Part shown: piece after piece, positions 55,992 through 64,000 of the stretch
Position numbering within the stretch: position 1 is the first letter of the stretch
Layout: each line of letters starts with the position of its first letter
DNA from: Prevotella sp.
Lineage (GTDB): Bacteria; Bacteroidota; Bacteroidia; Bacteroidales; Bacteroidaceae
NCBI GenBank assembly: GCA_017960525.1
Contig: JAGCZA010000049.1
Span: 8,911 to 72,910, forward strand
Length of the DNA: 64,000 bases
Direction: 5' to 3'
The notes under the pieces: generated by a model
Told to the model about the DNA's origin: nothing
Database searches by the model: none
What the model saw: the letters and a program-made list of their open reading frames with translations, nothing else
Program-made: the position numbers and the translations under genes

Positions 55992-58502
55992 GTGAAGAAG
56001 CTGTCTGCATTATTGTTTTGTCTGCTGACTGCCATTTCGGTTGGCGCCCAAGGTGAACTGACCATTGACCTTGCCGGCCAATGGCACTTTGCCCTTCTTG
56101 AGGAGGGGAGGCTGCCCGACTATAGTGGTTTGGTGACGCTACCAGGCACTACCGATACCAACCAGAAGGGGAATGCCCTGAACCGTTTCGACGAGACGAC
56201 ACACCTGTCCCGCCACTACAGCTACAAGGGTAGAGCGTGGTACAGTCGCGAGTTTGACATTCCTGAGGAATGGGATGGCAGGCCGGTTAGGCTGTTTCTG
56301 GAGCGGACCAAGTATACAGAAGTCTTTGTCGATGGCTTGCCATGCGGCTCTTGCAGCGACATCTCCACGCCGCAAGTCTATGACCTGACAAAATGGCTTA
56401 CTCCCGGCCATCATTTGATGGTAATCATTGTTGATAATGGCAGCGGTGTGCCCAACCAACTCTATGCCAGCAGCCATGCCTACACCGAGGACACACAGAC
56501 CAATTGGAACGGCATCATCGGAAAGATACTTTTAAGTGCAGATAGTACAATCCTCAGCCCACACGCTGCAATAAGCCCACCTTCATTGACATACGACTCT
56601 TCCCACTTCTATCAGGATGGAAAGAAGTTGTTTCTCCGTGGTAAGCACGATGCCTGCGTCTGGCCGCTCACAGGCTATATGCCTATGGATGTACCCTCAT
56701 GGCTCAACTACCTGCGCACCTGCGCCGACTACGGCATCAACCATGTGCGCTTCCATAGTTGGTGCCCGCCCGAAGCAGCCTTTGTAGCTGCCGACTCGCT
56801 GAACATCATCTTGCAGCCCGAATTACCCTTCTGGGGCGACTTCAACGACAAAGACACCACCCTTATGAACTTTCTCCACATGGAGGGAGAGAACATTCTG
56901 CGCTGGTATGGCCATCATCGCTCCTTCCGCATGTTTGCCCTTGGAAATGAGCTGTGGGGTAGCATCGATAAGATGCGGGAGTTCGTCGATGATTTCCGCC
57001 GCATAGCTCCTGACAAACTCTATACCTTTGGCTCCAACTACTACTTGGGCTATCAAGGTGTGAAACCTGATATGGACTACTTTACAACCTGCCGTGTAGG
57101 TGGCGAGGCATGGGGCAGCTACAATACCCATACACGAGGTTCGTTCTCGTTTGCCGATGCTTTTGAAGGCGGTATGATCAACCACTTCCGTCCCAATGCA
57201 AAGATGAATTTCGAGGAAGGCTGTGCACGGAGCAGCGTTCCCGTCATCAGCCACGAGACCGCACAGTTCCAGACCTATCCCGACTACAGCGAAATCAAGA
57301 AATATACTGGTGTGCTGCGCCCCTGCAATATGGAGGTGTTCCGTCAGAGGCTCACCGATGCTGGCATGGCCGACCAGGCAGAAGCCTTCCACCGTGCCAG
57401 TGGCCGATGGTCGTACCTGCTCTATAAGCAAGATATCGAGATGGATCTCCGCACCCCCAATATGGCAGGCTTCCAGTTGCTCGACCTTCAGGACTATCCT
57501 GGCCAAGGGTCGGCCTACGTGGGCATCCTCGATGCGTTTATGGAGTCGAAGGGCATTTGTACCCGCGAGGAGTGGCGGCAGTTCTGCTCACCCGTTGTAC
57601 CCCTGCTCGTCAGCGATTCCTACTGCTTCACCTTTTGCGAGGGCATTCACGGGAAGATACAAGTGGCCAACTACAGCGGCGGCTCCCTGAGTGGCCAAAA
57701 GATTGGCTGGGAATGTGCTGGTCAGCAGGGCGAACTGGCCATCCCCGACGGCGAAGGCCTCCTCGACATAGGTGCCATCGACATCGACCTCTCCCACCTC
57801 AAAAAAGCCACCCGCTTAAAACTGATTTTGCGAATGGTCAATGCTCAAAACACCTACGACCTTTACGCCTACCCCGACGAAGTGAAGTTGAATAAGAAAG
57901 GCATCATTATCGCCAAAGACTTGACCGACGACATCACCCTCGAGCTGCAGAAGGGCGCCAAGGTGCTGATGATGCCAGACTCGACGGAACTTTGCGTGGG
58001 CGGCCTGTTCCAGACCGACTATTGGAACTACCGTATGTTTAAGACCATCTGCGAGAACAACAAGAAGCCAGTATCCCCTGGCACGCTCGGCCTGCTCTGC
58101 TACCCCAAGCACCCGCTACTGAAAGATTTCCCCACCGAAGAGCATACCTCCTGGCAGTGGTGGCCGGTGGTGAAGTGGAGTCACCCCTTCATCCTCGACA
58201 ACACAAACAAAAGCTACCGTCCTTTGGTTCAGGTCATTGACAACATAGAACGCAACCACAAGCTGGGTCTCGTATTCGAGTTTCAAGTTGGCAAGGGCCG
58301 ACTGCTTGTCGTCATGAGCGACCTTGACAAAGCAAGTCAATATCCAGAAGGGCGACAGTTCTATGCCAGCGTGCTGAACTATATGCACTCCAAGGGCTTC
58401 GCCCCTGCCACTCATATCACCGCAGACCAGCTTCGCCTGCTGTTCTCATCCATGGTGAACGAGGCACAACTACAAGAACTTAACAACATTTCACCATACT
58501 AA
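55992..58502 (+). CDS. GH2-like glycoside hydrolase
   Basis: Sugar-binding domain, FLRGKHD, INHVRFHSWCPP, GNELW and ISHET; GTG start. Confidence 0.75.
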   Translation: MKKLSALLFCLLTAISVGAQGELTIDLAGQWHFALLEEGRLPDYSGLVTLPGTTDTNQKGNALNRFDETTHLSRHYSYKGRAWYSREFDIPEEWDGRPVRLFLERTKYTEVFVDGLPCGSCSDISTPQVYDLTKWLTPGHHLMVIIVDNGSGVPNQLYASSHAYTEDTQTNWNGIIGKILLSADSTILSPHAAISPPSLTYDSSHFYQDGKKLFLRGKHDACVWPLTGYMPMDVPSWLNYLRTCADYGINHVRFHSWCPPEAAFVAADSLNIILQPELPFWGDFNDKDTTLMNFLHMEGENILRWYGHHRSFRMFALGNELWGSIDKMREFVDDFRRIAPDKLYTFGSNYYLGYQGVKPDMDYFTTCRVGGEAWGSYNTHTRGSFSFADAFEGGMINHFRPNAKMNFEEGCARSSVPVISHETAQFQTYPDYSEIKKYTGVLRPCNMEVFRQRLTDAGMADQAEAFHRASGRWSYLLYKQDIEMDLRTPNMAGFQLLDLQDYPGQGSAYVGILDAFMESKGICTREEWRQFCSPVVPLLVSDSYCFTFCEGIHGKIQVANYSGGSLSGQKIGWECAGQQGELAIPDGEGLLDIGAIDIDLSHLKKATRLKLILRMVNAQNTYDLYAYPDEVKLNKKGIIIAKDLTDDITLELQKGAKVLMMPDSTELCVGGLFQTDYWNYRMFKTICENNKKPVSPGTLGLLCYPKHPLLKDFPTEEHTSWQWWPVVKWSHPFILDNTNKSYRPLVQVIDNIERNHKLGLVFEFQVGKGRLLVVMSDLDKASQYPEGRQFYASVLNYMHSKGFAPATHITADQLRLLFSSMVNEAQLQELNNISPY

Positions 58503-58506
58503 GATT

Positions 58507-60753
58507 ATGAAAGCAAATAAACTATCTTCTCTCAACTCTCCGCTCGGCTCCGCCGCTTTGCACAGCAAAGAACTCTCAACTCTCAACTCAACACTCTTTT
58601 ACCTGTTCACTCTTTTACCATTGACCGCCTTTGCCTGGCAAGGCGAAGTGGCCGTTGAGACCCCTAACACACAACTGTTGCTCACCGCTTGGGAGGGCGG
58701 AGACCTGCGACAGTCGTACTATGGCGACAAAAGCGCAACTCTCCAAGAGCTGCGCGACGCCGGCTGCGACCTCAGTTTCCACGCCTTGCCCGCTTTCGGC
58801 ACCGTTGATGCTGTTCAGGCACCCGCCTTGCAGGTGCAACACTTCGACGGTGACCTGAACCTGGAACTGAAAGTCACCAACTATGAAGTACTTGACGGTT
58901 CTGCCGCCAAGACCCACGTCTTTACGATGACCGACAAACTGATGCCCTTCACCGTGAAAATCTTCTACAAGGCATACAAGAATGTAGACATCATCGAAAC
59001 CTGGACAGAAATCTCGCACCAAGAGAAGAGAGCCATCACGCTGAAACGCTTCGACAGCGGACACCTGACCCTGCGACAGGGCGATATGTGGATCACTCAT
59101 CTGCATGGCAACTGGGCCGCAGAGGCCGGACCAACTATGGAGCCGGTGACACAGGGAATGAAGACCATACGCAATACCGACGGTGCACGCAATTCCCACC
59201 TCGACGCACCAGAACTGATGCTCTCCCTCGATGGCCGCCCGCAAGAGCAGACGGGCCGCACCATCGGACTCGCCCTTTGCTGGAGCGGCAACTTCGAACT
59301 GCGCGTGAACACGATTTCGCATAAGGAACACCACGTCTATGCCGGTATCGACCCGCTGTCGAGCGAGTATGTGTTGGAACCCAAGGAAATCTTCGAGACG
59401 CCCCATCTGGCTATGACCTATTCATCTGAGGGTATGGGAGGCGTCAGCCGAAACTTCCACAACTGGGCACGCAAGGAGGGTATGTTCCATCGCGGTATGA
59501 GGACGGGCGACATCCTTTTGAACTCTTGGGAGGGCATATACCTCGACATCACGGAGGAGAAAATCATCAAGATGATGGACGACATTGCGGCTTTTGGCGG
59601 CGAGCTGTTCGTCATGGACGACGGATGGTTTGGCGACAAGTACCCACGCAAAAAGGATGATTCGTCGCTTGGCGACTGGGTGGTGGACAAAAGCAAACTG
59701 CCCAATGGCATCAAGGCACTCACCGATGCCGCCCGTCAGCGTAAGATAAAGTTTGGCATCTGGATAGAGCCGGAGATGAGCAACACCGTCAGCGAACTAT
59801 ACGAGCAACACCCCGACTGGGTGCTCCAGACTAAAGGACGCGAACTGAAGCTGGGACGTGGCGGCACACAGGTGGTACTCGACATGACCAACCCAAAAGT
59901 GCAGGAATTCGTGTTCAGCGTCGTCGACAACCTGATGACACAGTACCCGGAAATCAGCTACATCAAGTGGGATGCTAACGCCTCCATTCAGAACTACGGC
60001 TCTCTCTATCTGCCAAAGTCGAAACAAAACAACATCTACATCGACTACCACCGTGGCCTCGTCAAGACACTCCAGCGCATACGCGAAAAATATCCCGACC
60101 TCGTCATCCAGGACTGTGCCTCAGGTGGCGGACGCGCCAACTACGGCCTGCTGCCCTATTTCGACGAGTTCTGGGTCTCCGACAATACCGACGCCCTGCA
60201 GCGCGTCTATATGCAGTATGGCACCAGCCTCTTCTTCCCCGCAAACGCTATGGCATGCCACATCAACCACTGCCCCTACTGGAACACCGGCAAACGTGTC
60301 ATTCCCGTCAAGTTCCGCTGCGACGTGGCTATGAGCGGACGGCTCGGTATAGAACTGCAGCCCAAGGATATGACCGACGAGGAGCGACAGCAGTGCACCG
60401 CCTGCTTTGCCGACTACAAGCAGCTGCGCCCCATCGTACAGACTGGAGACCTCTACCGTCTCATCTCGCCCTACGACCGCAAGGGGGTGGCAGCACTAAT
60501 GTACTGTCTGAACGGAGCCGCTGTCCTGTTCGTTTACAAAACCGAAAACTTCTACGACCAGCCCCTGCCACGTCTCCGCTTGGCCGGTCTGAATCCCGAC
60601 AAAGCCTATACGCTGACCGAGCGTAACGTCCGAGTTGGGGAAAAGCCTTGCAAGCTAAGTGGCAAGCGGTTCACAGGCCGCTTCCTTATGGATGTTGGCA
60701 TTGAGGTCCCTCTGTGGGAAGACTATGCTTCACGTGTGTTTGAACTTAAATAG
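58507..60753 (+). CDS. GH36 alpha-galactosidase
   Basis: LNSWE, FVMDDGWFG, FGIWIEPE, YIKWD and WVSDNTD. Confidence 0.92.
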   Translation: MKANKLSSLNSPLGSAALHSKELSTLNSTLFYLFTLLPLTAFAWQGEVAVETPNTQLLLTAWEGGDLRQSYYGDKSATLQELRDAGCDLSFHALPAFGTVDAVQAPALQVQHFDGDLNLELKVTNYEVLDGSAAKTHVFTMTDKLMPFTVKIFYKAYKNVDIIETWTEISHQEKRAITLKRFDSGHLTLRQGDMWITHLHGNWAAEAGPTMEPVTQGMKTIRNTDGARNSHLDAPELMLSLDGRPQEQTGRTIGLALCWSGNFELRVNTISHKEHHVYAGIDPLSSEYVLEPKEIFETPHLAMTYSSEGMGGVSRNFHNWARKEGMFHRGMRTGDILLNSWEGIYLDITEEKIIKMMDDIAAFGGELFVMDDGWFGDKYPRKKDDSSLGDWVVDKSKLPNGIKALTDAARQRKIKFGIWIEPEMSNTVSELYEQHPDWVLQTKGRELKLGRGGTQVVLDMTNPKVQEFVFSVVDNLMTQYPEISYIKWDANASIQNYGSLYLPKSKQNNIYIDYHRGLVKTLQRIREKYPDLVIQDCASGGGRANYGLLPYFDEFWVSDNTDALQRVYMQYGTSLFFPANAMACHINHCPYWNTGKRVIPVKFRCDVAMSGRLGIELQPKDMTDEERQQCTACFADYKQLRPIVQTGDLYRLISPYDRKGVAALMYCLNGAAVLFVYKTENFYDQPLPRLRLAGLNPDKAYTLTERNVRVGEKPCKLSGKRFTGRFLMDVGIEVPLWEDYASRVFELK
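58529..58597 (+). repeat. Heptamer element in-frame in the GH36 signal region
   Basis: CTCTCAA repeats flanking CGCTCGGCTCCGCCGCTTTGCACAGCAAAG; 69 nt. Confidence 0.7.
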
Positions 60754-60763
60754 CTGAACGCCA

Positions 60764-61738
60764 ATGAAACCATATAAGTTTGAACCGTATCTCAAAACCA
60801 CCATCTGGGGAGGCTACCAGATTGCACCGTTCAAGGGAATCTTTACGGCCCAGCCCAATATCGGAGAGAGTTGGGAGGTGAGTGGTGTACCTGGTCACGA
60901 GAGTGTGGCAGTAGAACGCGGACTCGTAGACGATGTGGATGTTGGAATGAACCTCACACAGCTCATCGACAAATATAAAGGACTGCTCGTGGGCCAGAAA
61001 GTCTACAAACGTTTTGGAAACAAGTTCCCGTTGCTGGTCAAGTTTATCGACTCCAGGCAAGATCTCTCCGTGCAGGTACATCCCGACGACAAACTGGCGA
61101 TGGAGCGCCACGGCTGTCAGGGCAAGACGGAAATGTGGTATGTCATTAAGAGCGACGTGGGCTCAAAAATCTACGCAGGGCTGGCCAAGAGCATCACACC
61201 TGAAGACTATGAGCAGTTAGCCACAGCAGAACCCGTTAACGGACAGTCGCCCATGCAGGATGTCATTGCCACCCATGAGGCGCACGAGGGAGACCTCTAT
61301 TTCTTGCCCGCTGGACGGCTCCACGCCATAGGGGCGGGCAACTTCCTCGCTGAGATACAGGAAACCAGCGACATCACATACCGAGTCTACGACTTTGGAC
61401 GAAAAGATGCACACGGAAATCCACGCGAGCTGCACATCGAACTGGCGAAAGAAGCTATCGACTATCAGGTGTGGCCGGAATACCGCACTTCCTATGACTC
61501 CACAAAGCCAACAAGCCAGCTCATCAATTGCCCGCACTTCGTGGTGCATCGAGTGGTGGTACAGGTGGCACAGCAGATTGACTTCCATTGCGACTCATTC
61601 GTCGTCGTTATGTGCCTCTGGGGCGAGGCCAACATCAATGGCATCCACATCCGTCAGGGTGAAACCATATTGGTGCCTGCCTGCGAAAATGTTCTCTATA
61701 TCTTTGGTAATGCCACTTTCCTTACAGCAACGCTCTAA
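60764..61738 (+). CDS. Class I mannose-6-phosphate isomerase
   Basis: IWGG, GESWE, FPLLVKFID, LSVQVHP, GKTEMWY, LHAIG and EIQETSD. Confidence 0.92.
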   Translation: MKPYKFEPYLKTTIWGGYQIAPFKGIFTAQPNIGESWEVSGVPGHESVAVERGLVDDVDVGMNLTQLIDKYKGLLVGQKVYKRFGNKFPLLVKFIDSRQDLSVQVHPDDKLAMERHGCQGKTEMWYVIKSDVGSKIYAGLAKSITPEDYEQLATAEPVNGQSPMQDVIATHEAHEGDLYFLPAGRLHAIGAGNFLAEIQETSDITYRVYDFGRKDAHGNPRELHIELAKEAIDYQVWPEYRTSYDSTKPTSQLINCPHFVVHRVVVQVAQQIDFHCDSFVVVMCLWGEANINGIHIRQGETILVPACENVLYIFGNATFLTATL

Positions 61739-61739
61739 A

Positions 61740-61774
61740 CCCTCAACTCTCAACCCTCAACACTCAATTCTCAA
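61740..61774 (+). repeat. Heptamer array (CYCTCAA)x5 at PMI/GH3 junction
   Basis: CCCTCAA CTCTCAA CCCTCAA CACTCAA TTCTCAA; first 22 nt match the lon insert on its sense strand. Confidence 0.8.
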
Positions 61775-61785
61775 CACACAAAATT

Positions 61786-64000
61786 ATGAAAAAACTATTC
61801 CTATTAGGCTTATTGACACTTTTGACAGCTTCTTGCAACAAACAGGAGCCCACTCAAGGTCAGGATCCGGAGATTGAGGCCCAAGTGGCCAAGACTCTGG
61901 ACAAACTGACACTCGAAGAGAAAATCGGGCAGATGATGCAGCTCGTCACCGACCTCTTTGGCACTAACGATGCCGACGGCGTGTTCCACATCGATCCTGC
62001 CAAGGCCGACACGCTATTCTCCAAGTACAAAATCGGGTCCATCCTCAATGCACCGAACACCTGTGCCCCGACGGCAGAGCAGTGGGAGGAAATCATAGCC
62101 GACATTCAGCAACTCTCGCTCAAGCACATCGGTGTTCCCTGCCTCTTCGGTCTCGACCAGAATCACGGGTCCACCTACACACAGGGAGGCACGCTCTTCC
62201 CGCAGAACATCAATGTGGCGGCAACCTTCAACCGCGACATCGCACGCAAGTGTGCAGAGGCCACGGCCTACGAGACACGCGCCGTAAGCGTTCCCTGGAC
62301 TTTCAGTCCCACCATCGACCTGGCACGCGATGCACGTTGGCCACGCTTCTACGAGAACTTCGGCGAAGACTGCTACGTCAATGCGGAGATGGGCGTCGCT
62401 CAGACGCTCGGGTTCCAGGGTGAAGACCCCAACCACGTGGACCAGCAACACGTCGCTGTCTCACTCAAGCACTATATGGGCTACAGCGTGCCCTGGTCGG
62501 GCAAAGACCGCACGCCCGCATACATCGCACCATCACAGCTGCGCGAGAAGTTTTTTGCACCGTTCCTCGCCTGCGTCAAGGCCGGGGCACATTCCATTAT
62601 GGTCAATTCGGCCTCAGTCAATGGTATGCCAGTCCATGCCAATCGAGAGCTGCTCACCGGCTGGCTGAAAGAGCAGACTGGGTGGGACGGAGTACTCATC
62701 ACTGACTGGGCCGACGTGAACAACCTCTTCACCCGTGAAATGGTTGCCAAAGACAAGAAGGATGCACTACGCATTGCCATCAATGCAGGCATTGACATGA
62801 TTATGGAGCCATACAACGTCGATGCCTGCATACTGCTGAAAGAGTTGGTGGACGAAGGCAAGGTCTCAATGACCCGCATAGACGACGCCGTAAGCCGGGT
62901 TTTGCGCATGAAGTACCGCCTCGGCCTTTTCAGCCATCCCACACAACGACTCGCCGACTATCCCAAGTTCGGCGGCGAAGAGTTCGCACAGCTCGCCTTC
63001 GAGGGAGCAGTCGAAAGCATAGTGCTCCTGAAAAACGAAGGTAACATCCTACCTCTCTGCAACCAACAAGAACTCCCCTCCCATCAAGGGGAGGGGGCAG
63101 GGGTGGGGTCACACCAACGCATCCTGCTGACAGGACCAAATGCCAACCAAATGCGATGCCTCAACGGAGGCTGGAGCTACACCTGGCAAGGACATCGCAC
63201 CGACGAGTTCGCAAGCCAGTACAACACCATCTACGAAGCCTTCTGCAATGAGTTCGGAGAGGGCAACGTCCGACTCGAACAGGGCGTGACCTACAATGAG
63301 AAAGGCAAGTACTGGGAGGAAAACCAGCCAGACATCAACGCAGCAGTTCGTGCCGCTCAGGGAGTGGACGTCATCGTCGCCTGCATCGGCGAGAACTCTT
63401 ACACCGAGACACCAGGCAACCTTACCGACCTCACACTTTCCGAAAACCAGCGGAACCTCGTCAAGGCACTCGCCAAAACAGGCAAGCCCATCATACTCGT
63501 ACTCAACGAAGGCCGGCCGCGCATCATCAGCGACATCGTCCCACTTGCACAGGCCGTCGTCCACATCATGCTGCCAGGCAACTATGGAGGCGACGCACTT
63601 GCAGCACTCTGCTCCGGACGGTGCAACTTCTCAGGACGACTGCCATTCACCTATCCCAGCGAAATCAACTCACTCGCCAACTATGACTTCAAAAAAAGCG
63701 AAGAGAGCGGTACAATGGAGGGAGCCTACGACTACAACGCACGCATCACACAGCAGTGGGGATTCGGAACAGGCTTCAGCTACACCACTTTCGAATACAC
63801 CAACCTGAAGGTCGACAAAGAGCAATTCACCAAAGACGATGTGCTCAACATCAGCGTCGACATCACCAACACCGGACAGCGTTCAGGCAAAGAGAGCGTC
63901 CTGCTCTACAGCAGCGACCTCATCGCCTCAATGGTGCCCGACGGACGCCGCCTACGCCAGTTCCAGAAAATAGAGCTCCAGCCTGGCGAGAAGCAAACCG
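61786..64000 (+). CDS. GH3 beta-glucosidase lipoprotein (partial, no stop in window, absent from ORF track)
   Basis: MKKLFLLGLLTLLTASC; TLEEKIGQM, KHYMGY (62467), TDWAD (62701) and IVLLKNE; frame checked at 62461, 62701, 63001 and 63121. Confidence 0.92.
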   Translation, partial: MKKLFLLGLLTLLTASCNKQEPTQGQDPEIEAQVAKTLDKLTLEEKIGQMMQLVTDLFGTNDADGVFHIDPAKADTLFSKYKIGSILNAPNTCAPTAEQWEEIIADIQQLSLKHIGVPCLFGLDQNHGSTYTQGGTLFPQNINVAATFNRDIARKCAEATAYETRAVSVPWTFSPTIDLARDARWPRFYENFGEDCYVNAEMGVAQTLGFQGEDPNHVDQQHVAVSLKHYMGYSVPWSGKDRTPAYIAPSQLREKFFAPFLACVKAGAHSIMVNSASVNGMPVHANRELLTGWLKEQTGWDGVLITDWADVNNLFTREMVAKDKKDALRIAINAGIDMIMEPYNVDACILLKELVDEGKVSMTRIDDAVSRVLRMKYRLGLFSHPTQRLADYPKFGGEEFAQLAFEGAVESIVLLKNEGNILPLCNQQELPSHQGEGAGVGSHQRILLTGPNANQMRCLNGGWSYTWQGHRTDEFASQYNTIYEAFCNEFGEGNVRLEQGVTYNEKGKYWEENQPDINAAVRAAQGVDVIVACIGENSYTETPGNLTDLTLSENQRNLVKALAKTGKPIILVLNEGRPRIISDIVPLAQAVVHIMLPGNYGGDALAALCSGRCNFSGRLPFTYPSEINSLANYDFKKSEESGTMEGAYDYNARITQQWGFGTGFSYTTFEYTNLKVDKEQFTKDDVLNISVDITNTGQRSGKESVLLYSSDLIASMVPDGRRLRQFQKIELQPGEKQT
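63073..63110. repeat. G/C palindromic element in-frame in GH3
   Basis: CTCCCCTCCC-ATCAA-GGGGAGGGGG-CAGGGGTGGGGTC. Confidence 0.75.

Overview
Chromosomal segment of a Bacteroidota bacterium, most likely a rumen-type Prevotellaceae member. This is inferred from TAnnTTTG/TTTG promoters, SusC/SusD genes, lipoprotein signals and dockerin-bearing secreted proteins. Contents in order: pullulanase, succinate CoA-transferase, ddh, ftsY, rimO, tRNA-Val/tRNA-Leu, split 5'-nucleotidase, then a minus-strand cluster (fur-family regulator, C10 protease-dockerin, cohesin-cohesin-dockerin protein, orphan histidine kinase, propeller-AraC regulator). Next come exbB-sORF-exbD-exbD-GH127, housekeeping genes, a dockerin/lectin-like cassette with a long structured leader and a REP-like cluster, lon-tgt-lptF/G, trmN6 and an aldo/keto reductase. 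The window ends with a complete divergent beta-mannan PUL (susC, susD, two SGBPs and GH5; then CE7, GH26, GH130, MFS, epimerase, GH2-like, GH36, PMI and a GH3 running off the end). I saw no transposase, integrase, RT, CRISPR array or cas gene. The most unusual signals are non-genic. (1) Dispersed four-unit arrays with a 22-bp period and a GGACGAACCAA core. (2) A heptamer-repeat element family that sits at gene junctions and also lies in-frame inside RimO, GH127, Lon, GH36 and other genes, where in-frame stops are specifically avoided. (3) A G/C palindromic element, in-frame in GH3. (4) A ~290-nt multi-helix leader RNA candidate. (5) A cohesin-dockerin protease module. All assignments come from reading motifs by eye; no searches were run.
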